A stretch of 64,000 bases of DNA from Lama glama (taxonomy: Eukaryota): positions 49,168,001-49,232,000 of the forward strand of contig CM052817.1 of assembly GCA_028534125.1 (NCBI GenBank), given 5' to 3'. Below the pieces are notes generated by a model, which saw only the letters and a list, made by a program, of their open reading frames with translations, ran no database searches and was not told the origin of the DNA. The position numbers and the translations under genes are program-made. Of the stretch, positions 25,830 through 39,520 are shown in pieces (position 1 is the first letter of the stretch; each line of letters begins with the position of its first letter).

Positions 25830-27314
25830 GTAAGAAATTTTACAATCTCCTGATAAGAAATACATAAGCAATGTGTACTATATATTTGGATTACTTTATA
25901 TTTCCTTCTAAAAGAAGTATCAATCATTACAAGGTTGTGAAGGTTGTGGATTAGCTTTGGGATGTTTCACTATCCTTTGAAATAGTTTTCAGCCTTTTTT
26001 TTTTTTTAATACCTTGATTTTTATTTTTAAATACCTTGGTTTTCTACCACCACTCCCTGCCCCGGTGTTACACTTCACAATAATTTTATAAATATTGAAG
26101 GAATTATTTTATAGAAGAGTAAATTGAAAGTTTTATCCAAATGTGAGCTCATTGGCCTCTTGAAAGGCTCAGTTCTGACATATAAAGTAACAAATAAGAT
26201 TTATACTGATGTATGGTGAAGGCAAAATTAATTTTCACAAGTGACTGCTATGGTCTTTAACATAGAGCACATATAAAAATGGAGATGCCATCCTTTGGTG
26301 GGTATTTTATTTTCTCAATACTCTGCACTACATTTTTTATATCAATTTATTTTAAATAAATAAATAAATATATACACACACACACACACACACACATATA
26401 CTACATATCCAAATAAGTTTTATGTAAAGTCAAATTTATTTATTAAAAAAGAAAATTTTAAGTTTCTCTAAAGAAAATCCTGTTGTAAAAACAATAACCA
26501 ATTTTGGTAATGTAAATACTATGTTTGCTCCTTTTTGTGCAATTAGGGAAAGGACTTTTTTATTATCATTATCTATGATAAAAATATTTATATATACTAG
26601 CTTCTTTTCAAATATGTTAGCTTTTTCATTGAATGCAACTGGTTTTGCGCATATCTCTCTCTCTCTATATATATATATAAATCATATTTTTAGCTGTAGT
26701 CTCTCAAAAACTTTCTGCAAAGTAACTTTTAGCTTTTCAGTCATCTTAAGGTCAGAATAATTAAAGTCACAATTTCAGACCCTCATTTTTGGAAAAAACT
26801 TTTTTGACAACCTCTTTAAACCTCTTTGGTCAATATAATTTCTTCTTTCGGTTTTCTATTAAATTTATAAACTCAAACAAATCTAAAAATTAACCTCAAT
26901 AGTTTAACAAATTTCTTAATACTTGTCACATTACTAAGTTTTTTTTTAAATCAAAATTTTATGACATGACATTGGTTTCCTCTGTGCATGTTACTTGTCA
27001 CTAGCATCCAGATACCTCAAACTCCAAAATGAGTGTCATACACTATGTCTCTGATGAAGACTTTCCTATTCTTACCCCTGCCCCAACCCCAAAAAACTGA
27101 AAACAATCTCTGCTTTATAGAGCTCTGAACGTTTATTTTGCCTGTGTCATTTCATCTGAAGGCACTTAGCACTTTCTCTAATTAAGATAAGGAGAAGGAA
27201 GGAGAGAAAGATGATAGATTTTAAGCATGTCCTTTACTCCAGGCACTATGCTTGTTGCTTAATCAATATTATTTTATTTATTTAATGTAGGAGCCCATGA
27301 TTGGGTTAATAAAT

Positions 27315-27885
27315 TGTAACAGACCCCAGTGGCCTGTCAGCTTTAAGAACAAATGTACTTAGTAACTGCTTTGCTAGCAGGCGCCTATGCATCCACACTC
27401 CTATCTGCTTGCCATAAAAAGCAGAGACAATGCCTTGCTTGCATAGTTGAGGTTTTAGCTAGCACTCAGCTCTTTGCAAAGCGACGACCCAGGACCTCAG
27501 CTATAAACGCTGGGCGTGCCTGCTGTTTAGATGATCTATTATCCCCAAGGCAAGGAACTGGCTGGTCTGGTGGTCTGCTTCGTAATTAACATATCAGAAG
27601 ACTGTATCTTGTTACCTTCTCCCTGTGACTTCCTTAAAGATAAACTAAGCCTTTGTACTCATTGTGGATTCTCCAATCTCTATCCCACCCTGTCTTTCCC
27701 TAAATTCCTGCATTCCATCACACAGCTGTTAGTGAGTTTTCCTTTGATTGTACACAAAAAATGTGGGAGCACTTAAGAAGCTCCTGGAGTCGGTCTTGGA
27801 CTCCCTCTTGATCTCTTGACTTTCCACAGAGTCTCAAGTAATTCATTCCATCTCTTTGGGACTTCTGCTGGTCAGAACCCACATT
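27315..27885 (+). mobile_element. ERV solo LTR inserted into a MIR in the putative UGT2A1 5'UTR intron
   Basis: TGTAACAG...CCCACATT flanked by TAAAT (27310-14, 27886-90); internal CTATAAA 27501; MIR halves on both sides. Confidence 0.6.
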
Positions 27886-28924
27886 TAAATATACATTTAT
27901 CTTATATATTGTACATATAATTATGTACTGTATAGTATTTATTATGTAGTTATTCATTATGTATTAATAAATATTTTATTATTTATTTTGTTATATTATT
28001 TTATAGTCACAAAAAAATCCTAAATTGTTTTTAATTTTCATTTTCCAGATGAAAAACTGAGTCTCATAAATCTTAAGAAGCATAATGTTAGGCCAAGATT
28101 TTTTGGCCTAATTAATTCTAAAAACTAAATTCTTTTCATAATGTCCAGCTGAATTTAATATACTATGCTGATTTTTGTGCTGGTTATGTATGAAATTTTC
28201 TTATCCCCTGATAGACTGTAAAATAGATAGGAGAAGTATCTCTTTGATTCATCTTTTGCCTTGTAGGGAATTCAGTGTCGAGTAGGTACCCAATAAACAC
28301 ATACAATCTGAATAAATGACTACATTTTACTTGTCTGAAACTGGATCTGACTCCCTGCTAGTAAACAAAGTGAGTGAAATAGCAGTACCCTGTGACAAAT
28401 TGTTTATCCTAGTGGATCAACTATTTTAATAAGTCTCCTGGCAGGTAATTTTGGACCAGGTTGACAGCACCAGGCAGAAAGTTTGTGCATACCGTAGAAT
28501 CCTATTGCTCAGAGCCTTGAATTGAAATCCACCCCATGAACGGTATGATTACTCTGCTAAGCTTCGAGTGGTATTTTGTGAAAGTAACTGTTTTAAAGAA
28601 GTAGTTAATGCTTCACACAGATTATCTTTAGTGATTAAGAGCTCAAAAGGGACACCAATAAAAACAAATAGGATTTCTAATTTCAATAGACTTATTAAGC
28701 AAAAAGAATCATCTCTGCTTATTCACAGACACATGCATACATATGCAGTTTTCATAGCGATTATTTTACTGGGATGACTTGCTCCTACATTTTTCGGTGC
28801 CAGTCACACAAATTTATATTGTGCAGTTTATACTGTGTCAGCATGTTTGGGGCAGTCTGTGGTTCATATAGGTAGGTGACTTGGTGCTGACACGAGGACA
28901 TGATACACTCTGATGGGACAACTA

Positions 28925-29180
28925 TCCTAGTGGTTAATACAACAGACACTGGGAGGCAAAGAGCCTTAAGGCTGCTAACACCAGTTCCTTCTTTATTTTG
29001 CTGTAAGAACTTGGCAAGTTACTCAATTCCTCTGAGCGATTGTTCCTTCTTTGATGTGGGAATAATTATAGGACTTACCTCGTTGGATCTTTATTTTTTA
29101 AGTGAGAAATAAATGAGATTAACATATATAAAACACTTTGCAAGATGTTTGACACAGAGTGAGGACTTAACTACTTGCAA
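28925..29180 (+). mobile_element. MIR SINE
   Basis: TTGGCAAGTTACTCAATTCCTCTGAG...AAATGAGATTAACATATATAAAACACTT. Confidence 0.6.
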
Positions 29181-29897
29181 TTTTAAAAAGCTGAGTCCAG
29201 ATGTAAAGCAGTTGTTATTCACATAGCCTGGCTACCTTTTGAGCAGCACTTTTGATAGAAGCAATTCCTTTCAGATAGCTCTTATTCACTAGTAATATTA
29301 CCCATCATCTCTTGGATATATTAATTGTACACAGTTTGTTTATTTACTTGTTATTTTTTTCTCAGTGATTCATTAACATAAAATATTTCTTAAACATATT
29401 ATTAGAGTAGCAACAAACATTACACTTATATTTGTTTGTACTTTGTATTTTTGTAAGTGTTCTCTTTGCAATAACCGAATCTATTAATAACTAGGAACTA
29501 TAAAAATTAATTGTTGTTAATGACCTTTGTAAAATATATTAAATATTGGAAAACCTATAGCATTAGCATCTTTATATTTCTGTGTAATTTCTGGCCCTAT
29601 CTGAGGTTTTGGTACCCAGGCCTGAGTGTAGATTTGAGCTAAACAGTGGCTTTAAGCAGTTAAATAGTAATAACTTAACAATTATAAGATGCAAAGAAAG
29701 GGTTGAAGGATCAAGTTCAAGAAAAAGATCAGAGAGTAAGAATAACAACCAAAACTAAAGCAAAGGTTGAGAGGTCAGACACTTTACCCCTAAATCTGTA
29801 ATTATCACAAAATTATCATCATGGAGCTACCGTGACCAATATCATTTGGTAGAGAGAAGGCTTTTAAGAGTATCAGTCATTTTAATCAAAACTGAGA

Positions 29898-29931
29898 ACT
29901 AATTTGTTTTTCTTTTTTGCTTAAAAAGCAG
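29898..29931 (+). other. Splice acceptor ahead of the UGT2A1 ATG (tandem NAGNAG)
   Basis: ACTAAT branch motif 29898-29903, T-rich tract, then AAG CAG (AG at 29927-28 and 29930-31). Confidence 0.7.
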
Positions 29932-29980
29932 AGAAATTCATTTCTGTCATCTAATCTAATCTTCTACATCAAGCCACATC

Positions 29981-30698
29981 ATGTTGAACAAGAACATTCT
30001 ACTGTTGTCTCTTCAGATAAGTCTTCTAGGAACCACTCTTGGTGGGAATGTCCTGATTTGGCCAATGGAAGGTAGTCATTGGCTAAATGTTAAGATAATT
30101 ATAGATGAGCTGATTAGGAAAGAGCATAATGTGACTGTCCTAGTCGCTTCTGGTGCACTTTTCATCACACCGACCTCTCACCCATCTCTGACATTTGAAA
30201 TATATAATGTGCCCTTTGGCAAAGAAAGAATAGAAGGAGTGATCAAGGACTTTGTTTTGACATGGATGGAAAATAGACCATCTCCGTTAACCATCTGGAG
30301 ATTCTATCAGAAGATGGCCACAGTCATCAAAGACTTCCACATGGTGTCTAGAGAAATCTGTGACGGTGTTCTCAAAAACCAAAAGCTAATGGAAAAGATG
30401 AAGAAGAGCAAATTTGAGGTCTTGGTATCAGATCCAGTATTTCCTTGTGGTGATATAATTGCTTTAAAACTGGGAATTCCATTCGTATATTCTTTGAGGT
30501 TTTCTCCAGCCTCAACAGTGGAAAAACACTGTGGGAAGGTACCATACCCACCTTCCTATGTTCCTGCTATTTTATCAGAACTCACTGACCAGATGTCTTT
30601 CAGTGACAGAATAAGAAATTTCATTTCCTACCATCTACAGGACTACATGTTTAATACTCTTTGGAAATCGTGGGATTCCTACTACAGTAAAGCTTTGG
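29981..30698 (+). CDS. UGT2A1: UGT2A1 first coding exon (signal peptide + N-terminal aglycone-binding domain), 239 codons + 1 nt
   Basis: ORF MLNKNILLLSLQISLLGTTLGGNVLIWPMEGSHWLNVK...WDSYYSKALG closely matches the recalled UGT2A1 exon-1 peptide. It carries the catalytic His (GSHW, H33), the SDP Asp and the NVT glycosylation site, and ends TTG G|GTATGT (phase-1 donor 30699). Confidence 0.96.
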
Positions 30699-31084
30699 GT
30701 ATGTTACATTTTTTTATTATTTGAATTTGAACAAACACTTCTTTACTTCCCTATGGCTATTATTCTTCAATCCTACATGTTGATTAATATCATTTGATAG
30801 CAGGGAAGATGATAAAAGATACTATCCTTTGGAAATACAGTGTGTTGTTTTCTAATTTTATGGACTTGAAGATATCACCTAAATTCTTTTATGGATAACA
30901 AACATATGGTGACAAATATAAGTTTAAAAATAGGACTAAATTCCCATTTAGATATTACATTGAAAATAGAAATTGCCTAGAAACTTCAGTGGGTGGGCTG
31001 TGGGGAAAGCTGGAAGAGATTCAGCTTTCTACAAGCCTATTATTATAGACATTTGTGTGTGTTTAAACCCATATATGTTTATGG

Positions 31085-31760
31085 ATATGATTATTGCACA
31101 TAGATGTCCTACTACTTACTATCTACTAGGCACTTCCTTCAACAGGGAAGTTACAACAAAGACTAAGATAAAGCTCCTGGCTTCAAGAAATTTGCAGTCA
31201 AGCAGAGAAGTCAGACATGAAAAGGAATATTTACAGTATGACTAATGTGGGTAATGGACATATGTATAAAGGACAGAGGTAGTATAAAGGAAACAGGCAA
31301 GTGAGATGAGAGAGTGGTATTCCAAAAAATTTAAAGAGTTAAGGTGATGCACAAGGAAATTTTTAAACAGTGAATATGAATTTTCCTACAAACTAAGTGT
31401 GGGGGAGGAAAACAGTATGTTCCATGTTGTGGAGTCTTAAAATAGCAGTCTCAGTATTTATGAAGGTCAAAGTATAAAGTTGGGAGGCACGGGAAAGAAT
31501 GCTAGAGATGTCAAAATTGCAAGAATGAATTTATTCAATAAGTATTCACAAAGTCTCTTGCATGTCATGCTAAGCATCTTGGTTTTTATCTAATAAGGAA
31601 CTGGGGAATGTTGAAAGGGATGTATTATGACTGGATCACATTTTATTTAAAATACCTGGACAGATGTGGACCTAGAGTGGAGGGCAGTTAGACTGTAGGC
31701 TACTGTATCATGCCTGGAAAGATGCGATAGGAGCACGTACTAGTGAAGTAGCTTATAAAC
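31085..31760 (-). mobile_element. L2 LINE fragment
   Basis: CCTACTA..CTAGGCACT, CCTGGCTTCAAGAAATTTGCAGTC, TTGGTTTTTATCTAA antisense L2 motifs. Confidence 0.6.
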
Positions 31761-32059
31761 AGAGAAAAATAATGCAGATGAGTCCACAAAGTAACAACTA
31801 GGAGAGCAGGCTGTTGATAACTGGTTCCCAGTTAGGAGTGTGTGACCATGGAGGTGTAATTAAGTTTCTTTGCACCTGCATTTATTTATCCCATCTCTAA
31901 TAGGACTACTGAAAGAACTAAATTAGTTAACATATGAAAGGATTTTAAGACAGTGTTTAGGAGCTAATAACCATTCAATTAGAGTTTATCAGATAAAATT
32001 AATAAAAGCTGATAATTGGTGAGGAGTGTTAAAGGGGGGATGAGGAAGAGATTAAAATG

Positions 32060-33556
32060 GTTTATTTTTGTGATATAACTGACAAATAACATTGATTAGT
32101 TTTGGGTGTACAATACAATGACTTGGTATTTGTATATACTGCTACATGATGACCACAATAAGTCTGGGTAGCATCTGTCACCACACATAGTTCCAATTTA
32201 CTTTTCTTTAATAAGAATTTAAAGCTCTGCTCTTTTAGCAACCTTCAAAAATGCAATACAGTTTATCAGTAACTACAGTCATCATGCTGTACATTAGATC
32301 CCCAGGACTTATTTATTTAATAACTGGAAGTTTGCACATTTTGACCACCTTCACACATTTCACTGACTCTCTACCCCTCACCTCTGGCAACCACCAGTCT
32401 GTTCTTTGTATATACGAGTTAAGGTTTTGTTTTGTTTTGTTTTAAGGTTCCACTTATAAGTGAGATCGTATAGTATTTGCCTTTCTGTCTGACTTATTTT
32501 ACTTGGCATGTCCTCAAGCTCCAACCATGTTGTTCCAAATGATAGGATTTCCTCCTTTGTTATCACTAAATAATATTTCATTGTGTGTGTGTGTTTGCGT
32601 GCGCACGCACAAGCCATGGAAACAATCTAAGCGTCTATCGTTGGATAAATAAAGAAAATGTACTACCGTACGTGACTATTGTAAATAATGCTGCAATGAA
32701 CATGGGGGTATAGATATCTTTCCAAGTTGGTTTTCATTTTCTTTGGATAAATATTCAGAATTGGAATTTCTGGATCATATGGTAGTTCTATTTTTTATTT
32801 TTTCAGTAGCCTCTATACTGTTTTCCTTAGTGGCTGTACCAATTTATATTCCCAACAACAGGGTGTGAGGATTCCCTTTTCTCCATAGCCTCACCAACAT
32901 TAATCTTTTAGTTTTTTTTATAACAGCTGTCCTAACTGGTGTGAGTTGATATTGTGTTTTTGATTTGCATTTCCTTGATGGTTAGTGTTGTTGAGCATTT
33001 TTTCATGTATCTGTTGGCCATTTGTATGTTTTCTTTGGAAAAATGTCAATTCAGATCCTCTGCCCATTTTTAGCCTTTTTTTTTCCTACTAGGTTGGATA
33101 AATTTTTATATATATTTTGGATATTAGCCCCTTATCAGATATATGATTTGCAAATATTTTTCTCCCTTTTGGTAGGCTGTCTTTTTATTTTGTTGATGGT
33201 TTCCTTTGTTGTGCAGAGGCTTTTTAATTTGATGTAGTCCCACCTGTTTATTTTTGCTTTTGTTGCCTTTGCTTTTGGGTGTCAAATCCAAAAAATCACT
33301 GCCAAGATCTGTGTCAAGGAACTTACTGCCTGTATTTTCTTCTAAGAGTTTTGTAGTTTCAGTTCAGTGAGAATAAAAGTCTTTAATCCAATCTGAGTTA
33401 ATTTTTCTATAAAGTGTAAGATAGTGGTTCAGTTTTCTTCTTTCCCATGTGGGTGTCCAGTTTTCCCAACACCATTTATTGAAGAGACTGTTTTTCTTCT
33501 ACTTTCTACTTGGCTCCTTTGTTACAAATCAGTTGACCACATATGAGTGGATTTAT
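32060..33556 (-). mobile_element. L1 (L1MA-type) 3'UTR + ORF2 end
   Basis: TAGTTTTGGGTGTACAA, ACATTAGATCCCCAGGACTTATT, TTGATTTGCATTTCC, CAGTTTTCCCAACACCATTTATTGAAGAGACTG. Confidence 0.9.
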
Positions 33557-36500
33557 TAAAGAGGAGTGTCAAGAAGGATGTAAGTTACAGTTGATGCATC
33601 ATCTCCTCTGGATATGTTCAATAGTTTCCCCCTAATTCAAAAACAGATATTTATCCCCTGGAATGTAAACAAAGACCCAGCTGTTCTGACATTAAGAGAG
33701 AATATTCATAGCTACTATGGTGATTATAAACTACCCTCTGAAGATAAAAGTGAACAGTCAACATTGGAGGACTAAAGCTGGACCTTAAAAATAAAGAAGA
33801 TAAAGAAATGGCAACTTTATGAAGCAATGAAGCTGTCAAGATCTTCAAAAACTCTTTAGTCTCCTCATGCACGTCGTTAACTAAGTGACATCTGAATACA
33901 TGCAGCATCTAAGTTAATAAACTAGAGGAACGTGTATGGAGACTTCCTTGGTCACAATATATGTCCACATTTTTATCTCATCACTTATATTTTTATCAAC
34001 TACTTGTTCTCAACCTTGGAATAATAATTATCAGGATTACAATGCTCCTTATTAAGTTGGTGAAATTACCCTTAGGTAAACCTTCCCCATGCTGGCAGTC
34101 TCAGAATCACGTTTCATTCTATTTTACTTGTAAGTTAATGCTGGTAATAAAACCACACTATTTTCCTAGTCCTAACACATGAGAATAATCTTTCCTAACA
34201 ATTTGTTCATGGGAATGTAATGAAGATTTCTAAAAATGTTCTTACTCTCTGATTTTGATAATATCATGTTTCTAATCAAATTACAATCTTCCAACTTAGA
34301 ATGACTATTTAAGTTTGTTTTACTAAAACACAATATTATTGATGCCCAGGGACATGAGCACATATATTCAAAAGATCAGGTAAGAAGTAGAAATACTGAC
34401 AAGTCAGAGTAATTTATTTTTGTGCAAGACTTTGCACAAATGAAATGATAAATGAGGGTGATGAATGGACCTGACTTGTAAAAAGAGCTTATTTCCAACT
34501 TGTAATTTGAATTTACATTTCACTTTAGCTTGAACGCTCTAATCAAAGTCATTGCAACAAATCGACATCTTCTCAGGCCTCAAATTGTCACACCTGAGTA
34601 AATAAATAGAGGACAATTTTCTGGGAGATTATTTTTCTTCAAGGAATGCTATAAGAACCACAGAGTGAGTCCTTAATCTCTGCTAATTGCTAGGAATTGG
34701 ATATTATGATGTGGAAATTACTTCTTTTATTTCAGGTCATGGGTATTTGGTTTGAACTCATGAATATCATTATAGTAATAGCAGGTAATATTTGTTGATC
34801 TCTTTTGCACTGGACACCATAAGTGCTTCACATATAATATATCTCTTAATCCTTGCAATGAATTTGTGAAGAGAAAATTAGTATCTAGACCAGTTTTTCT
34901 CTCCTTTTAAAATTTCAGGTGTAAATCCATTAGTTATTCAGAATATTTTTAGTTTAAACTTTCTTTGGTACTTTTCTTCTTCCTTTCAATGTACTTAGTT
35001 TTTGAAATCATTACTCTATTTCTCGCCTATTTTAATTTGCCAAATGGTGTTTAATTGGGCCATGTTATCACTAGGTAGCCTGCTCTTCCTTAAGGCATAA
35101 AACGCCAGGTGACTGTTGCCTGGGGCGATTTGCCTGAGCATAGCTTTCTGGTCCTAAGAGCCTCACTTCAACTGAAAATAAGAAAAGGCTTCTGCAGAAT
35201 TTAAATAGTATTTGTTTAAAGTTGAACCAGGCAAATTCTATTTTTATGTTTATGTTAACAAAAATACCATCAAAATTGAGGAAACATTTAAGAAAATAAT
35301 GATATAGCATTTTAATGCCAATAAAAATATTTATAAACCATAAATATCATCTATTGCTACCAGACAGTTTTATCCTGTGGCCATTATAAAAACAAATGGG
35401 TTTTGTTGTGAGTAAGCTTTATATATTAGATTTATACAAATATCTAATGTATTATTATATACAAATAATTAGGTGAACAACTTCTAAATTAATAAATTAA
35501 TTTTTAAAAACTAATGCCATCTATAACAATATATCTTGAAAATATGTTAAATTCAGTAGGAAAAACAGCAGACCTCCAAAAAAGAAAAAAAAAATGACCA
35601 TAATATTCAGCTCTTTACATGAACTAGGTACTCGCTGAGCACAAGTAATTAATGTAAAATAAAGTGTTAGAAATGAAACAAATTTGAGTGTATATCTACC
35701 TCTCCATTAGTGCTTGATTTTCACTGTTCATTTGAAAGAAGATAAAAAATGTATTGGAGTCTTTCCTTTGAAGGGCAATACATTTTTGTTTGGATCTTTC
35801 TTTTTCTTTCTTTCTTTTTTTTTTTCCCCCCTCTTCCTAGCTTTTTCTTTGCTTCCCTCTCTCATTCCTTCCTTTCTGTTTCTATTTTTTAATTTAAGTT
35901 AAACTTGGTTGGTTAGGATTTTCCAAATCACCACCGGTAGCATTCCCTTTTCCACAATTACCCGTGAGCCGGACAACAGCCATGGGCATGACATCCGAGA
36001 CGGAATTTGCAGGGGGACCTGCACAATTTCCAGGGAGAGATTTCTCTCGTTATTTGCTCCCACTCATTGGAAGGGAATGAAGCTCAATCTTTATGCATAT
36101 AAGCTTGAATTTTATGTTTGCTTATTTCTTAAATCACTTGTAAACTTTGGTACTGAATACATTGTTAGTAATAAATCGTTTGTGGTATGTCCGGAGACTG
36201 AGCGTGACTGACGCTCGTGAAGGGACTTGCCCCTGGTTGGCACATCCGCACCAAAGCTCAGGTGCCCCCGGGGAGCCATTGTGTGAGGGGTGGAAGAGAG
36301 GAGGTGGAACTAGGTGATGAAATCTGTTTAAACTGGTCATTTTTAAAGTCAGATTCTCTCCCTACAATAGCATGTATAGCTAACATTCATTGAGCACAAA
36401 TGCTGTTCGGAAGAATTTACATGCATTGTTTCACTCTGTCCTCACAATTTTACAGGAAATACACATCGTCATTCTCCCCCACTTTGTAATCTGGAGGCTA

Positions 36501-37167
36501 GAAACTTGCCTGAGGTTACAATTAAGGAAGTGGTGAAGCATTTGATGGCAGTCCTGGGGCGAAAAAGAAAGCTTTAGAAGATACTCAGTTTATATAGAGT
36601 AAAACAAAGAGAAAAAGAAGAGAGCGCACCTAAATTTAAAATTTCAAAGGAATTAAATAAATGCCAATCAAGGAACTCAAATGAAATGTAAGCATTAATG
36701 TAAGGCTAAAACTATAAGGTTACTAACGACTCGATTACTCAGGTTCCTAAAACAATATGAAGATTGATTTCCAGGCTTTTGTGCCACTGGAACCACCTCC
36801 AGACCTGAGAGACAATAAGAAATGAATCAGCACAATTCAGTCCCAGCCGTTCAGCGCATTATTCACGGAGCACACGGGAAGAGTACACCTTCAAGGCAGG
36901 ACATGTCTTCAGAGGAAAACTTTAATAAGAAAAACTCCTGTACAAAAATATTGTTTTGAGGATTTTTCAATTTAAACTAATAGCATTATGCATATTTTAA
37001 GAAACTTTAATATTAATTTAATTTTATACAGATGACTAAACATTCTCTAGCAGGCATTAAATACAAAACTTTATTAAATTTTATTCTGAGAACTTTATAT
37101 CCATTTTATTACTATTTGAAGCCCTCTCTTTTAAAATAAACAGAGAACAAAAAGGATCACTTGATTC

Positions 37168-37706
37168 TGTAGGGGGACAAAACTTGCCACCTCAAACTGA
37201 ATCTTTGGCTTGAGGATTATTTGGGGCTGATTTTTTTTTAGAATCAAAAGGTTCTGGAAGTCTTTCTTTTTACCCCTCCCTTAACTGCCTAAAATATTTT
37301 AGATAAAAGCCCTGGTCCAGGAAGAGCCCTCTCACCACAGATACCTACAAAGAACATGGGCTACTGTCAATGGACACTCAACAGGGCCTGGAGGCCAACG
37401 TCCACTCCTGGTCCCATCGTCTCTGTGTGGCACCAAAAACACTTGTTTACCAAATACTGTTTTTCCACCTCTGTGTGAATTGCCTTCCTCCCCTTCGAAG
37501 TCCCCAACCCTACCCACTTCTCCCTCTCTCAGATGGCATATAAGCCTCAACTGCCCAACCTATCCTTGGGCCTCATAGTCTTATGGAACCCCGTATATCA
37601 TTAAATTTAGTTTTTCTCCTGTTCGTCTGTCTCATGTCAGTTTAATTCTTAGACAAGTTAGAAAAACCTAGAAAAGTTAGAGGGAAAGTTTTGTCCCTCC
37701 CTCACA
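37168..37706 (+). mobile_element. MER34-like ERV1 solo LTR
   Basis: TGTAGGGGGACAAAACTTGCCACC...TCCCTCACA with perfect 4-bp TSD ATTC (37164-67, 37707-10). Confidence 0.85.
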
Positions 37707-39319
37707 ATTCAAAATACAAGAACAATATTCAAATTCGTGCACATTTTCTATGGCTGATCTGTTTTTCACTCATTGTACTTATATATTGATGTTTCACAGG
37801 CATGCGTTTTTAAAATTATTTTCTGACCTCTTTGGTTATGTTTAAGATGTCACTATCAAATGTTCACAATAGGAAATGTCATGTTTTCTAATTTTTACTA
37901 CTATAAAATGTATCTCAAGTATTAGATTTAAAAAGTGGAATATAGAAGAAAGAATACTTATGCATTACTAGTATTGTGACTTTCAGATTATTTAAACCTC
38001 TCTTGATCTTTTTTTCTCACATACAAAATGATGGAGTTGGATAAGCTGGACTTGTACTGTCTCTAGAATGAAAACAATACCAGAATTCTGTTATGCAAAA
38101 CTTATTCAAAACTGCTGTTAGTGAATTCATAAAGCAAACAAATATGTGATCCTTTTAAATTAGTGAACTTCATTTTGTCCTGAAATTGGGCTTATTTGGC
38201 AGGAGCTATTTTTTTTTTTCACTGATAGAAATTTAAATCTAAGCTTATACCTACATTTGTCTCCAAATATTTATTTTCTATCTCTTTATAATTTTTGAAT
38301 TTGCAATTATGAAACATTTCAGGAAACCAAAGAATAAATCTAAAGAACATCTACACTGATGTCAATGGGATTAAACACCTTAACATCCAAGAATAATTTG
38401 AAAACAAAAAGACATGTACATCAGCTTTCATTAATTCTATTATTTCCTATTGTTCTTTACTAAATTAGATAATTATGTTATTTTCCTGAAGAGAACACTT
38501 AACAGTGGAAGGTTGATTCCTTGAACTCTTGAATGATTTTTTTTTTTTAATTCAGGGTAATTTAGGTCTGCCTACATGCATTTGATTCTGGAATATATAT
38601 TGACAAGGTTTTAAGTGCTAACATAGATATTGCTAGTGGGTAATTTCTACTAAATCATTATATTATTCTTAAAAGGACTTCAATAATTAGACAGATCCCA
38701 GTATTTTATAGATAAACTTTGGTTATCCCTTTTATGTTGTTGTGTTTTGTCATCTTTTAATAAGGAGGTCATGATGACAACAGTTTTCTTTACGAAGATA
38801 TTTCTTCACTAGGCCTGTTTTAATGGCCGTCCAGATGATTCCTACCGTCCGTTTACTGCTTTGTTTCAAAACCTAATTAATTTTAAAGGTACTGCCTCTG
38901 TATCCAAATTGAGGCTAGCTCTTGGAAGGACACAAATACAATCATTCTAAAAGCATCACTTCTCTTCCCCTCTTTCCCTTTCTCTGCCTTCCTGGTTCTT
39001 TTGTTACTCAAGGGCCTGAAATTACACAATTCAAGAGTAACAGAGTAAGAAGAGAAAAACTGCTATTTAATTTCCATTCTCAGTTCCTGGCTTCTATCCT
39101 TTTAATCTCTTTATTTGTTCTTATTTTCTCTTTTTAATGGCAGCCTCTAATAATTTTAACTTTTAAATTATCACCATTATACAGTTGCCCTCGTTGGGAC
39201 TGATCTTCACTAAGAGCCTCAACTAATAGATACCATTATATCCATGTCTAGCTACTCATTCTGTAGCTAGTCTGCTGATTTACTGATCAACCTTGAGGCA
39301 AAGTAATTAAACTGTTAAC

Positions 39320-39520
39320 ATTACTAAACTCTTGATCTGAGCTAAGCAGTTTGCAAAGCAGCTTTACAGATATTATTGCTAATCCCCAAGTAAGGTAACA
39401 AATTAGCATTAGTTCTCATTTATACATGAGAAAACTAAGGCTAAGAAGATATAGGTAATTCACCATCATGAAGCTTATAAAAGGACAGTTTTTGAATCTG
39501 GCTCTATTGAACTCTGGTGT
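39320..39520 (-). mobile_element. MIR SINE
   Basis: CTCATTTATACATGAGAAAACTAAGGCT antisense core. Confidence 0.6.

Noticed and set aside
30699..30724. ORF-track tails after each exon-1 donor (also 41178-41194 and 53966-53991)
   Set aside because: Intronic read-through past canonical GT donors; the genes are spliced, not truncated.
30998..31015. CTGTGGGGAAAGCTGGAA, similar to UGT2A exon 2 (MGKAE codons)
   Set aside because: Only 18 nt, with no RPTT sequence, acceptor or downstream similarity; not an exon-2 copy.
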